Notes under the pieces: model-generated
What the model was told of the DNA's origin: nothing
Seen by the model: the letters and a program-made list of their open reading frames with translations, nothing else
Database searches by the model: none
NCBI GenBank assembly: GCA_963761125.1
Contig: CAVXFV010000005.1
Coordinates: 50,088-114,087 of the forward strand
Origin: Candidatus Latescibacterota bacterium
GTDB lineage: Bacteria > Krumholzibacteriota > Krumholzibacteriia > WVZY01 > JAKEHA01
DNA: 64,000 nucleotides
Reading direction: 5' to 3'
Shown: positions 1-9,514 of the stretch, piece by piece
Layout: the number at the start of each line of letters is the position of its first letter
Position numbering within the stretch: position 1 is the stretch's first letter
Made by a program: the position numbers and the translations under genes

Positions 1-267
1 CTCCTCGACGTCCTCGACAAGCTGGTGGACAAGGGCAACACCGTGGTCGTGATCGAGCACAACCCGGACGTGATCCTCGCCGCCGATCATATCGTGGACC
101 TCGGTCCCGAAGGGGGCGACGAGGGCGGCTACGTGGTCGCAACCGGATCGCCGCTCGACATCGCGCAGTGCGCGGTGTCCCATACCGGGGCCATGCTCCG
201 CGAGCTGGGCGGAGCGGCGGCGGACGCGGAGCCGGTCGACGCGCCCCGGGGCGGCCACGCCGCATGA
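1..267 (+). CDS. uvrA: Excinuclease ABC subunit UvrA, C-terminal fragment (5' end lies outside the window)
   Basis: Frame-1 translation ...[40 protein letters not shown]... matches the conserved UvrA C-terminal ABC signature; stop at 265-267. Confidence 0.85.
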   Translation, partial: LLDVLDKLVDKGNTVVVIEHNPDVILAADHIVDLGPEGGDEGGYVVATGSPLDIAQCAVSHTGAMLRELGGAAADAEPVDAPRGGHAA

Positions 268-294
268 CGCCTGTGGATAACGGGAAACCGGATG

Positions 295-323
295 TTGTGA
301 ACCGGCGCGCCGCCGGGTAATAT
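295..323 (+). promoter_or_regulatory. Sigma70-like promoter upstream of gcvT (TTGTGA-N17-TAATAT)
   Basis: -35 TTGTGA at 295-300 and -10 TAATAT at 318-323 with a 17-nt spacer, about 45 nt upstream of the gcvT start. Confidence 0.4.
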
Positions 324-369
324 GGGTGTCTGACCGGTTCGCTCGAGGGCCGGTCGCGCCGCGCAACGC

Positions 370-1479
370 ATGACATCTCTCAAACGAACTCCACTGTATG
401 ACGCACACGTCGCCGCCGGCGGCCGAATGGTGCCGTTTGCGGGCTTCGAGATGCCGGTGAGCTACGCCGGCGTGATCGAAGAGCACACCGCCGTACGCGA
501 GCGGGTCGGTCTGTTCGATGTCAGCCACATGGGCGAATTCATCGTCAGCGGTCCGGACACGTGGCGCTACCTCGACCGCGTGGTGACCAACGACTGCTCG
601 CGGCTCACCGCCGACGGAATTCTCTACACGGTGATGTGCCGCCAGGATGGCACCGTCGTCGACGACCTGCTGGTGACCCGCATCGCGGACGACCGCGCGC
701 TCATCGTCGTCAACGCATCGAACATCGACAAGGATTTCGCGCACATGAAAGGGCTGGTGTCGGGTCGGGTGGAACTCCGGAACGACAGCGACGCCTGGGC
801 GCTCATCGCCGTGCAGGGGCCGCGCGCACACGACACCGTCAAGGCCACGCCCATGCTCGCGCCCGTCCGTGATGAGATCGACGGGGTCCTCTATTATAGA
901 TGGCGGGCGTTCGGCGAGGGTGCCGACCGCATCATCGTTTCCCGCACGGGGTACACCGGCGAACGCGGATTCGAGATCTTCGTGCGGCCCGGACGCGCGC
1001 TCGAGCTCTGGACCCAGTTGATGGCGGCGGGCGAAGGCTCTGGTATTGCGCCCGCCGGGCTCGGCGCCCGCGATACGCTCCGGTTCGAGGCGGCGATGTG
1101 TCTCTACGGGCACGAACTCGACGACGAAACGACGCCGCTCGAAGCCGGGCTCAACTGGCTGGTCAAACTGAACAAGGACGACTTCGTGGGACGAGACGTA
1201 CTCGTCCGCCAGAAAGAACAGGGCGTGCCGAAGACGCTGGTTGGCTTCGAACTCGAGGGGCGCGCCATCGCGCGCCAGGGCTATGCCGTCATGCGCGGCG
1301 AGTCCGTGGTGGGAAAAGTGACGAGCGGCACCTACTCGCCGACATTGAAGAAGAGCTTGTGCATGGCGTACGTGGACGCCGACAGCGCCGGGGCCGATCT
1401 GGCCATTCAGGTTCGAACGCAGGCCGTTCCGGCGGCGCGCGTAGCGCTGCCGTTCTATCGCAGCCGGGCGCGGGACTAA
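370..1479 (+). CDS. gcvT: Glycine cleavage system T protein (aminomethyltransferase)
   Basis: 369 aa; N-terminus RTPLYDAHVAAGGRMVPFAGFEMPVSYAGVIEEHTAVRERVGLFDVSHMG is the canonical GcvT sequence. Confidence 0.93.
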   Translation: MTSLKRTPLYDAHVAAGGRMVPFAGFEMPVSYAGVIEEHTAVRERVGLFDVSHMGEFIVSGPDTWRYLDRVVTNDCSRLTADGILYTVMCRQDGTVVDDLLVTRIADDRALIVVNASNIDKDFAHMKGLVSGRVELRNDSDAWALIAVQGPRAHDTVKATPMLAPVRDEIDGVLYYRWRAFGEGADRIIVSRTGYTGERGFEIFVRPGRALELWTQLMAAGEGSGIAPAGLGARDTLRFEAAMCLYGHELDDETTPLEAGLNWLVKLNKDDFVGRDVLVRQKEQGVPKTLVGFELEGRAIARQGYAVMRGESVVGKVTSGTYSPTLKKSLCMAYVDADSAGADLAIQVRTQAVPAARVALPFYRSRARD

Positions 1480-1494
1480 AATCAGGAGCGAAAC

Positions 1495-1875
1495 ATGGAT
1501 TTCAAGAACGTTCGGTTCACCAAAGAGCATGAGTGGGTCCGTTTCGACGGCGGTGACGAGGTCACGATCGGCATTACCGACTTCGCGGCCGGCGAACTCG
1601 GCGACATCGTCTATGTCGAACTTCCGAAGATCGGCGCCGCCGTCGAGGCCGAGCAGTCGATGGGAACGATCGAAGCGGTCAAGACCGTCGCCGACCTCTT
1701 CGCGCCCGTTTCGGGCGCCATCTCCGCCGTCAACGACGCGCTGGAGAAGGCGCCGGACCTCGTGAACAAGGATCCCTTCGGGGACGGCTGGTTCGTCCGC
1801 ATGAAAGTGTCCAAACGCAGCGAGATCGACTCGCTGATGGACCACGCTGCGTATCAGCAGATGATCGGAAAGTAA
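1495..1875 (+). CDS. gcvH: Glycine cleavage system H protein (lipoyl carrier)
   Basis: 126 aa, ...FTKEHEWVRFDGGDEVTIGITDFAAGELGDIVYVELP...AVKTVADLFAPVSG (lipoyl-lysine context); AGGAG Shine-Dalgarno 8 nt upstream. Confidence 0.93.
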   Translation: MDFKNVRFTKEHEWVRFDGGDEVTIGITDFAAGELGDIVYVELPKIGAAVEAEQSMGTIEAVKTVADLFAPVSGAISAVNDALEKAPDLVNKDPFGDGWFVRMKVSKRSEIDSLMDHAAYQQMIGK

Positions 1876-1876
1876 C

Positions 1877-3238
1877 ATGCCATACACGTATCACACGGAT
1901 GAGGATCGCCGGGCGATGCTCGACGCCCTCGGTCTTGCGTCCGAGGACGCGCTGGTCGACGTAATTCCCGAACGCTACCGCGTGAAGGGATTGCTCCCGA
2001 TCGATCGCGGACTCACGGAGCCGGAAACGATCCGCCTGCTCGGCGGTCTGTCGCGCATGAATCGTCCCGCCACGTCGCTGGTCAGCTTCCTCGGCGGCGG
2101 CATCTACGACCACACGGTCCCGTCCGTGGTGAAGAACATCGCGAGCCGCCCCGAATTCGCGACGGCGTACACGCCGTACCAGCCCGAAGCCAGTCAGGGC
2201 ACGCTGCAGGTGATCTTCGAATTTCAGACGCACATCGCGCGGCTGACGCGCATGCCGGTTGCGAACGCATCGATGTACGATGGCGCGTCCGCGCTCGCGG
2301 AGGCCTGCCTGATGGCGTCGAAGATCACCGATCGCGACATCGTACTGGTTCCGCAGTCGCTGAATCCGCGGTATCTGCGGGTCATCAATTCCTACGTGAC
2401 CGGGCAGCGCGTGGAACTCCGGACCGTTCCCACCAACGCGTCGGGTGAGATCGACGCGGCCGCGCTGCGCAAGCTGCTCGACGAGTCCGTTGCCGCGGTG
2501 GTCGTGCAGACGCCCAACTATTTCGGCGTGCTCGAGCGCCCGTGGGACATCGAGAACGACGTGCACGCGGCGGGTGCGAAGATCATCGCCAGCGTCGATC
2601 CCGTCTCGCTGTCGTTGCTCAAGCCACCGGGAGAGTGGGGGGCGGATATCGCCGTGGGCGAGTGTCAGCCGCTCGGCAACGACATGAGTCTGGGCGGTCC
2701 GCTGGTCGGGTTCATGGCGTGCCGCAGCGAGTTCATCCGGCAGATGCCCGGTCGGATCGTCAGCGCGACGACGGACGTCGACGGACGCGCCGCGTATGTA
2801 CTCACACTCCAGACGCGCGAACAGCACATTCGCCGCGAGAAGGCGACGTCGAACATCTGCACGAACCAGGGCCTGCTGGCGACGCGCTCGACCGTCTACC
2901 TGAGTCTCCTCGGCGAACACGGCTTTGCAGAACTCGGCCGCGTATGCCACGAACGCGCTCGCGCACTCGCGGATCGCATCGCGGCGTGCGATGGATTCTC
3001 TCTCAAGTACGACGCGCCGTTCTTCCGCGAATTCGTAGTCTCGTGTCCGACGGACGCGGCCGCGGTGATCGCCGCGGCACGCAAGGAGAACATTCTCGCC
3101 GGCATTCCGTTGTCGCGGTACTTCGGCGAGTCGGCCCGGAACGATCTGCTGGTCGCTGTGACCGAGAAACATCAGGACGAGGATTTCGAAACGTTCTGCG
3201 CCGTGCTCAAGCGCGCGGCGCTGGTGAAGGTGGGTTGA
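1877..3238 (+). CDS. gcvPA: Glycine dehydrogenase (decarboxylating) subunit 1
   Basis: 453 aa; typical GcvPA N-terminus and size; start immediately follows the gcvH stop. Confidence 0.92.
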   Translation: MPYTYHTDEDRRAMLDALGLASEDALVDVIPERYRVKGLLPIDRGLTEPETIRLLGGLSRMNRPATSLVSFLGGGIYDHTVPSVVKNIASRPEFATAYTPYQPEASQGTLQVIFEFQTHIARLTRMPVANASMYDGASALAEACLMASKITDRDIVLVPQSLNPRYLRVINSYVTGQRVELRTVPTNASGEIDAAALRKLLDESVAAVVVQTPNYFGVLERPWDIENDVHAAGAKIIASVDPVSLSLLKPPGEWGADIAVGECQPLGNDMSLGGPLVGFMACRSEFIRQMPGRIVSATTDVDGRAAYVLTLQTREQHIRREKATSNICTNQGLLATRSTVYLSLLGEHGFAELGRVCHERARALADRIAACDGFSLKYDAPFFREFVVSCPTDAAAVIAAARKENILAGIPLSRYFGESARNDLLVAVTEKHQDEDFETFCAVLKRAALVKVG

Positions 3239-3240
3239 CC

Positions 3241-4689
3241 GTGTCGCACGATTTCTCGCAGACGATCTACGGAAAGAGCCGTCACGGCCGCCACGGCTAT
3301 CACATCTCGTCGCATCCGGCGGAAAAGCCGCGCGACATCCCGCGCGAGTATCTGCGCGAGGGAGCGATCGGCCTTCCCGAGGTCGCGGAGCCGCAGGTCA
3401 TGCGGCACTACGTCGATCTATCCACGAAGAATCACCACGTGGACAAGGACCTCTTCCCGCTGGGGTCGTGCACGATGAAGTACAACCCCAAGGTCAACGA
3501 GGACGTCGCGGGCATGCCCGGATTCGCCGGACTCCACCCCGAGCAGGACTATTCCGACGTGCAGGGGGCACTCCGGGTAATGCATGCGCTCGAGCGCGAA
3601 CTCGCCGAAATCGGGGGCATGGACGCCGTGACGCTGCAACCCGCCGCCGGGGCGCAGGGAGAAATGACGGGATTGCTGCTCGCCCGCGCGTATTTCGCCG
3701 ACCGCGGGGAGTCGCGACACAAGGTACTGGTTCCCGACACCGCGCACGGAACCAATCCCGCGACGGCGACGATCACGGGATTCGAAACGCGGACGTTCCG
3801 ATCGGGCAAAGACGGACGCGTCGATGTCGACGTGTTGAAGAGCGTGCTCGACGACGACGTCGCGGTGCTGATGCTCACGGTGCCGAACACGCTGGGATTG
3901 TTCGAGACCCACATCGGCGAGATCGTGGAAGCCGTGCACGCGCGCGGCGCGCTGTGCTACATGGACGGCGCCAACATGAACGCGTTGATGGGGCAGGCGA
4001 GGCCGGGCGACTTCGGCTTCGACATGATGCACTACAATCTTCACAAGACGTTCTCGACGCCCCACGGCGGCGGCGGCCCGGGCTCCGGCCCGGTGGCGGT
4101 GAAGGCGCACCTCGAACCGTTCCTGCCCGCACCGCGCGTGGTGGAACGTGACGGTGCGTTCAGCCTCGACTACAACCGACCCAGGACCGTAGGTGCGCTC
4201 CACTCGTTCTTCGGCAACTTCGGAATCTACCTGCGCGCGTACACGTACATCACGCGCCTGGGTGCGGACGGCATCCGTCGCGCCAGCGCGACCGCGATTC
4301 TCAACGCGAACTACCTCGCGCATCGCATCGCGCCGCATTACCCGATTCCGTACGGCGAGCGGTGCATGCACGAGTTCGTCGCGACCGGAGAACCGTTGAA
4401 GAAGTACGGCGTGCGTACGCTCGACGTGGCCAAGCGTCTGCTCGATTTCGGCTTCTACGCGCCGACGATCTATTTCCCGCTGACCGTTCCCGAGGCGCTG
4501 ATGGTGGAGCCGACGGAAACCGAAAGCCGCGAAACGCTGGATCGTTTTGCCGACACACTCGCGCGGATCGCGAAAGAGGCGGCCGAGTCTCCGGACGTTC
4601 TGAAGTCCGCGCCGACCCGCACACCGGTGCGGCGTGTGGACGAGACCACCGCCAATCGCGCGCCGGTCGTCAGCGTACCGATGGACTGA
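3241..4689 (+). CDS. gcvPB: Glycine dehydrogenase (decarboxylating) subunit 2
   Basis: GTG at 3241, 2 nt after the gcvPA stop, in the same frame as the over-extended ORF 2542..4689. About 483 aa with ...GSCTMKYNPKVNE...HYNLHKTFSTPHGGGGPG (PLP-lysine region). Confidence 0.9.
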   Translation: MSHDFSQTIYGKSRHGRHGYHISSHPAEKPRDIPREYLREGAIGLPEVAEPQVMRHYVDLSTKNHHVDKDLFPLGSCTMKYNPKVNEDVAGMPGFAGLHPEQDYSDVQGALRVMHALERELAEIGGMDAVTLQPAAGAQGEMTGLLLARAYFADRGESRHKVLVPDTAHGTNPATATITGFETRTFRSGKDGRVDVDVLKSVLDDDVAVLMLTVPNTLGLFETHIGEIVEAVHARGALCYMDGANMNALMGQARPGDFGFDMMHYNLHKTFSTPHGGGGPGSGPVAVKAHLEPFLPAPRVVERDGAFSLDYNRPRTVGALHSFFGNFGIYLRAYTYITRLGADGIRRASATAILNANYLAHRIAPHYPIPYGERCMHEFVATGEPLKKYGVRTLDVAKRLLDFGFYAPTIYFPLTVPEALMVEPTETESRETLDRFADTLARIAKEAAESPDVLKSAPTRTPVRRVDETTANRAPVVSVPMD

Positions 4690-4762
4690 CGTCCCGTCGC
4701 CGAACGTTCCGTCCTCCGCGATGACCGGCGGACGGCCACCGCGCGCGTCGCAGGAGCACCGC

Positions 4763-5746
4763 ATGGGCCGTTTCATCGCTCGCCGTGTTCTCCACGCCGT
4801 CGTTCTCGTCGCGGTCACCCTGGCCGTCACCTTCGTGGTGCTGCACCTCGCGCCCGGCGACCCACTTTCGCGGTACGTGCAGCCGGGGATCGATCCCTCC
4901 GACGTCGAGCGCGTTCGACATTCACTCGGGCTCGACGACAACCTGGTGGTGCAGTTCCTGCGCTGGTCGGGACGATTCGTCGTCGGTGATTTTGGAACCA
5001 GCCTCGACCAGAATCGCCCCGTCCGCGACGTGATCGCCGACGCGGTTCCCAACACGCTCCTGCTCACCAGTATCGCGCTCCTGGTCCAGCTCGTCCTCGG
5101 CCTCTGGGTCGGCGTGACCAGCGCGCGCCACCGTCACCAGGGGCGTGACCGCGCGCTCTCCATCCTCACGGTTACGTTCTACGCAGTGCCGCCGTTTTAC
5201 CTGGGCTACCTGCTCATCACCCTGTGCGCGATCCAGCACTCGTGGTTGCCCACATCCGGGATTGCGACGCCGGGTGCGCATGCGACCGGCATCGCCCTGG
5301 TGCTCGATCGTGCGCGCCACCTCGTCATGCCGGTGATCGTGCTCGGCGTCGCGAGCGCGGCGGGCTTTGCGCGTTTCGCCCGCGGCAGTGTGTCCGACGC
5401 GCTGCACGAAGACTACGTGCGCACGGCCCGCTCCAAGGGTCTGCCGGAAGGAACGGTGGTGTGGCGCCACGCGTTCCGGGGTTCGCTCGGCACGCTGATC
5501 ACCGTCGCGGGATTGAGCGCGCCGTTTCTCCTCGGCGGGGCGGTGATCGTCGAGGCCGTGTTCGCGTGGCCCGGGATGGGGTCGCTGATGGTTCAGTCGA
5601 TCTATGCGCGCGATTACCCGGTCGTCCTCGCGATCAATTCCATCGGCGCGTGCCTGGTGATTCTCGGGAATCTCGTCGCCGACATCGGCATGATGCGGGC
5701 CGACCCGCGGGTTGCCGCATTCGACGACGATCGGGGGACGTCGTGA
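4763..5746 (+). CDS. Peptide ABC transporter permease (DppB/OppB family), set 1
   Basis: ATG at 4763 (MGRFIARRVLHAVVLVAVTLAVTFVVLHLAPGDP...), about 327 aa, multi-pass membrane protein of the binding-protein-dependent transport class. Confidence 0.85.
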   Translation: MGRFIARRVLHAVVLVAVTLAVTFVVLHLAPGDPLSRYVQPGIDPSDVERVRHSLGLDDNLVVQFLRWSGRFVVGDFGTSLDQNRPVRDVIADAVPNTLLLTSIALLVQLVLGLWVGVTSARHRHQGRDRALSILTVTFYAVPPFYLGYLLITLCAIQHSWLPTSGIATPGAHATGIALVLDRARHLVMPVIVLGVASAAGFARFARGSVSDALHEDYVRTARSKGLPEGTVVWRHAFRGSLGTLITVAGLSAPFLLGGAVIVEAVFAWPGMGSLMVQSIYARDYPVVLAINSIGACLVILGNLVADIGMMRADPRVAAFDDDRGTS

Positions 5747-6831
5747 CGCGATCGCCTGGAACCGGAGCCGTCTTCGTCCGCGTGGGTCGCGCGATTCCGC
5801 TCGCGCATCCGGCCTCCCGATCGGGAATCCGCGCGGTGATGTCGATTGTTTTCTACGCGGTCGTCGCGCTCGCGCTCGCGAGACACGGCGCGTGGTCGCG
5901 TGCGACCGGCGCCGACCGGGCCGCGACGATATTGCTCGCCCTGACGCTCTGCGTCGGCGCAATCGCCGGCGGCGCGCTCCTGCCGACCTCGATGCAGCCG
6001 GCACGCGGACGATTCAAGAACGACCGGGCCGCTCGTGCGGCGCTCGCGATGCTCGTCGTGATGCTTGCGGTTTCCGTCGCCGCGCCGTTCGTGACGCGTC
6101 ACGATCCGTCGCGCATCCTCGCACCGTCCAGGACACGCTTCGAAGCGCCGGGCGTGGCGCACCCGATGGGAACCGATCGCTTTGGGCGCGACGTGTGGGC
6201 GCGCGTCGCGTACGGGGGGCGGGCATCGTTCGGTGTGTGCGCTGTCGCGGTACTGCTGGCGGTCGCATTCGGAACGACGGTGGGTGCCGTGTCCGGAATG
6301 GCGAACGCGCGCGTCGACGACGCGATCATGCGTGTGGTGGACGGAATGCTGGCGTTTCCGCGGGTGCTCCTCCTGTTGACCGCAGTCGCATTTCTTCCTC
6401 CCGGCGCCGCCGTGCTCGCGCTCCTGATCGCTGCGACGGGCTGGATGGGGATCGCGCGCGTCGTGCGCGGCGAGTTCCGGCGGCTTCGCGGGCGCGAATT
6501 CGTCGAGGCTGCCATCGCGTCGGGAGCGGGGCGGGGCCGGCTGGTCGCGCGGCACCTGCTTCCGAACGCGCTCGGTCCCGTCGTGGTGGCGGGAACTCTG
6601 AGCGCCGGGACCATCATTCTGCTCGAGTCGTCGCTGTCGTTCCTCGGGCTCGGCATCCAGCCGCCGGCGCCCAGCTGGGGGGCGATGGTGTTCGACGGAC
6701 GCGACTCGCTCGCCGCGGCCTGGTGGGTGAGCGGGTTCCCGGCACTCGCGATCACGCTCGCTGTCGTCGCCTTGAACGTCGTCGGCGACGGGCTCCGCGA
6801 TGCACTCGACGCGCGGGGGGGAGCGCGATAG
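5743..6831 (+). CDS. Peptide ABC transporter permease (DppC/OppC family), set 1
   Basis: GTG at 5743 overlaps the upstream stop (GTGA); alternative ATG at 5839. Conserved ...HPMGTDRFGRDVWARV... N-terminal motif and the EAA-loop region. Confidence 0.8.
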   Translation: MTRSPGTGAVFVRVGRAIPLAHPASRSGIRAVMSIVFYAVVALALARHGAWSRATGADRAATILLALTLCVGAIAGGALLPTSMQPARGRFKNDRAARAALAMLVVMLAVSVAAPFVTRHDPSRILAPSRTRFEAPGVAHPMGTDRFGRDVWARVAYGGRASFGVCAVAVLLAVAFGTTVGAVSGMANARVDDAIMRVVDGMLAFPRVLLLLTAVAFLPPGAAVLALLIAATGWMGIARVVRGEFRRLRGREFVEAAIASGAGRGRLVARHLLPNALGPVVVAGTLSAGTIILLESSLSFLGLGIQPPAPSWGAMVFDGRDSLAAAWWVSGFPALAITLAVVALNVVGDGLRDALDARGGAR

Positions 6832-7043
6832 CCCCGGGGTGTTTGATGCCGGGGGGCGGAGCCCGGCCCCGCCCGGTTGGCGTCGTTCTTGCACACCCCG
6901 AACCGTTACCTCCACGTTTCGGTCGGAGCAGCCGCGACTGACACCTCATGCCTCATGCCCCCGGGTCGTCACCCGGGCGGCGGCGCCACGCGGGCGGGGA
7001 TGTGCATCGGAAGCTCCAGCCGAGGAAGGGTTTGCCGACGGCA

Positions 7044-8081
7044 ATGGTTGAGACGTACGATCGCCGCAAGATGGACACCGGGACCCGAACAGAGTCGGCC
7101 GTGGGGGTCGATACGCTCCTCGAGGTGCGCGACCTCTCGATCGGGTTCGACACGCCGGACGGGCGCGCGCACGCCGTCGACGGCGTGAGTTTTACCGTGC
7201 GCCCGGGGGAAACGGTCGGCCTGGTCGGGGAAAGCGGGTGCGGCAAGACCGTCACCGCGCTGGCGCTCATGCGCCTGGTGCAGACGCCCCCGGGACGAAT
7301 CGACGGCGGAGAGATTCTCTTCCGCGGGCACGATCTGCTCAAGCTTCCCGAACGCGAGATGCGCAAAATCCGCGGCAACGAGATCTCGATGGTATTCCAG
7401 GAGCCGATGACGAGCCTCAACCCCGTCTTCACGTGCGGGTACCAGGTGGAAGAGGCCGTGTTGCTTCACCAGAAAGTGAGCAAGCGCGAGGCGTTCGAAC
7501 GGACGATCGAGATGCTCTCGCTGGTCAAGATTCCCGACCCGAAGCGCATCGCGAAATCCTACCCCCATCAGCTGTCGGGCGGGATGCGGCAACGCGTCAT
7601 GATCGCGATGGCGCTCTCGTGCAACCCGAGCCTGCTGATCGCGGACGAACCGACGACGGCGCTCGATGTGACGATTCAGGCCCAGATACTCGACCTGTTG
7701 CAGTCGCTGCAGGAGCGCATGGGGATGGCCGTCCTGATGATCACGCACGATCTCGGTGTGATCGCGGAGACCTGTCGCCGCGTGATCGTGATGTACGCAG
7801 GCAAGGTCATGGAAGTCGCGTCGGTGAACGATCTGTTCAAGGACGCGAGACATCCCTATACGCTCGGTCTGCGCGAATCGATTCCACGTCTCGCGACCAA
7901 GGGCGAGCGCCTCAAGACGATTCCGGGGAAGGTTCCCGACCCGATGGAGTTCCCGGCCGGTTGCCGGTTCTCGGATCGCTGCAAGTACGCCGAGTACCGG
8001 TGCGACAACGAGGAGATCGAATTGAGAGAAGTCGCCACCGACCACTGGATCCGGTGCTGGAAGGACGTGCGGCGTGACTAG
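7044..8081 (+). CDS. Peptide ABC transporter ATP-binding protein (DppD/OppD-like)
   Basis: Walker [17 protein letters not shown] signature and a C-terminal oligopeptide-ATPase extension; start at ATG 7044 (alternative 7071). Confidence 0.88.
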   Translation: MVETYDRRKMDTGTRTESAVGVDTLLEVRDLSIGFDTPDGRAHAVDGVSFTVRPGETVGLVGESGCGKTVTALALMRLVQTPPGRIDGGEILFRGHDLLKLPEREMRKIRGNEISMVFQEPMTSLNPVFTCGYQVEEAVLLHQKVSKREAFERTIEMLSLVKIPDPKRIAKSYPHQLSGGMRQRVMIAMALSCNPSLLIADEPTTALDVTIQAQILDLLQSLQERMGMAVLMITHDLGVIAETCRRVIVMYAGKVMEVASVNDLFKDARHPYTLGLRESIPRLATKGERLKTIPGKVPDPMEFPAGCRFSDRCKYAEYRCDNEEIELREVATDHWIRCWKDVRRD

Positions 8082-9097
8082 CACGCAAGTGGAACCGACG
8101 GTCGAAGCGCGTGGCGGGTCGTCGAACGGGCAATCGTTGCTCAAGGTCGACAACCTGTACAAGCACTACCCGATCCGGCGGGGGATGTTTTCGCGCGTTG
8201 TCGGCTATGTGCGTGCGGTGGACGGGGTCAGCTTCGAGATCCATCGCGGCGAAACGCTGGGCCTGGTCGGCGAGAGCGGTTGCGGCAAGACGACGCTCGC
8301 GCGGGCGATCCTGCGCCTGACAAGCGTGACGTCCGGTGAGGTTACCTTCGACGGCCTGAAGATCTTCGACCTCAACGGCAACGACATGCGACGCCTGCGC
8401 AAACGCATGCAGATCGTGTTTCAGGATCCGTACGGATCGCTCAACCCGCGCCTCACCGTGGGGAGCATGATCGCGGAGGCGATCAAGATCCACAGAGCTT
8501 GCGAGCGGAGACGAGGTGCGCGCGCGAGTCGCGGAGTTGCTCGACCGCGTGGGCATTCCCGCCGAGCACATGAACCGGTATCCGCACGAATTTTCCGGCG
8601 GGCAGCGGCAGCGGATCGGTATCGCGCGCGCGCTGGCGGTCAACCCGGAACTGGTCATCGCCGACGAACCGGTCAGCGCGCTCGACGTCTCTATTCAGGC
8701 GCAGATTCTCAACCTGCTCAAGGATCTCCAGGACGCGCTCGATCTCACGTATCTATTCATCGCGCACGATCTCGGTGTGGTCGAATACATCAGCGATCGC
8801 GTCGCGGTGATGTACCTCGGTCGCGTGGTCGAACTCGCGCCGGCGACGCGGCTGTACCGCGAACCGAAGCACCCCTACACGCAGGCGCTGCTCAGTGCGG
8901 TCCCGAGCCTGGATCCGGGTGCACGCCGCAACCGGATTCTCCTCCCGGGCGACATCCCGAGCCCGGCCAACACGCCGAAAGGGTGCGCGTTCCATACACG
9001 CTGCCCGCACGCGATGAACATCTGCCGCGAAGAGTCGCCGCCCTGCCGGGACATCGAGCCCGGCCATCAGACCGCCTGCTGGCTGTATGAGAAATAG
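8074..9097 (+). CDS. Peptide ABC transporter ATP-binding protein (DppF/OppF-like), interrupted by a +1 frame shift near 8490
   Basis: N-terminal 140 aa in frame 1 (Walker [10 protein letters not shown], ...[17 protein letters not shown]); the rest in frame 2 ([22 protein letters not shown]...[15 protein letters not shown]...). Joining the two gives a protein of normal length (about 340 aa). Confidence 0.8.
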
Positions 9098-9177
9098 TCG
9101 CGGGGGGTGCCATTGACGCTCCGCCCGGACGTGTCCATACTAGAGAGTGCATCCACTGCTGGAGCACCCTCCCCCAA

Positions 9178-9222
9178 GTTTCCCGCGGAATAAGCGATTC
9201 GCTCCCCGGGAAACTTTTTTTA
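9178..9222 (+). terminator. Rho-independent terminator after the dppF-like gene
   Basis: GTTTCCCGCGG...CCCCGGGAAAC inverted repeat followed by TTTTTTT. Confidence 0.6.
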
Positions 9223-9300
9223 TATCCTTCTGCCACAACGCGTTGGCGGCCGATCCCGGGACAGTCCCCGGCCCGCGGACGGCGACCCCGGGGGTGCCAG

Positions 9301-9330
9301 TTGACAACGCGGTCGAGGGTGGACTATATT
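9301..9330 (+). promoter_or_regulatory. Sigma70-like promoter for the TonB-dependent transporter gene (TTGACA-N18-TATATT)
   Basis: Consensus -35 at 9301-9306 and -10 at 9325-9330; followed by the palindrome TGCTAGCA (9351-9358) and a second TGCTAG at 9375-9380. Confidence 0.45.
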
Positions 9331-9514
9331 GACGGGGAAGTCAGTGATATTGCTAGCATTGCAACTGACGGCTGTGCTAGAGTGACCCCACCTGTTCGAG
9401 ACGTCGCGGCGGAAGCACCGTCGGGACAGACAAGTCCCCACCACTTATAGATAAACGCCGGATTAACATCGGGCCGAAATCGGTCTGTGTGTTGAGATCG
9501 AAAGGGGTTCGCGA

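Noticed and set aside
268-369. Possible glycine riboswitch upstream of gcvT
   Set aside because: The leader is only about 45 nt after a plain sigma70 promoter and lacks the conserved ACCGAAGGGGCAA / CUCUGGAGAG cores.
2542-4689. 715-aa ORF overlapping gcvPA
   Set aside because: The upstream 233 codons are an out-of-frame read-through of gcvPA; the real gcvPB starts at GTG 3241 right after the gcvPA stop.
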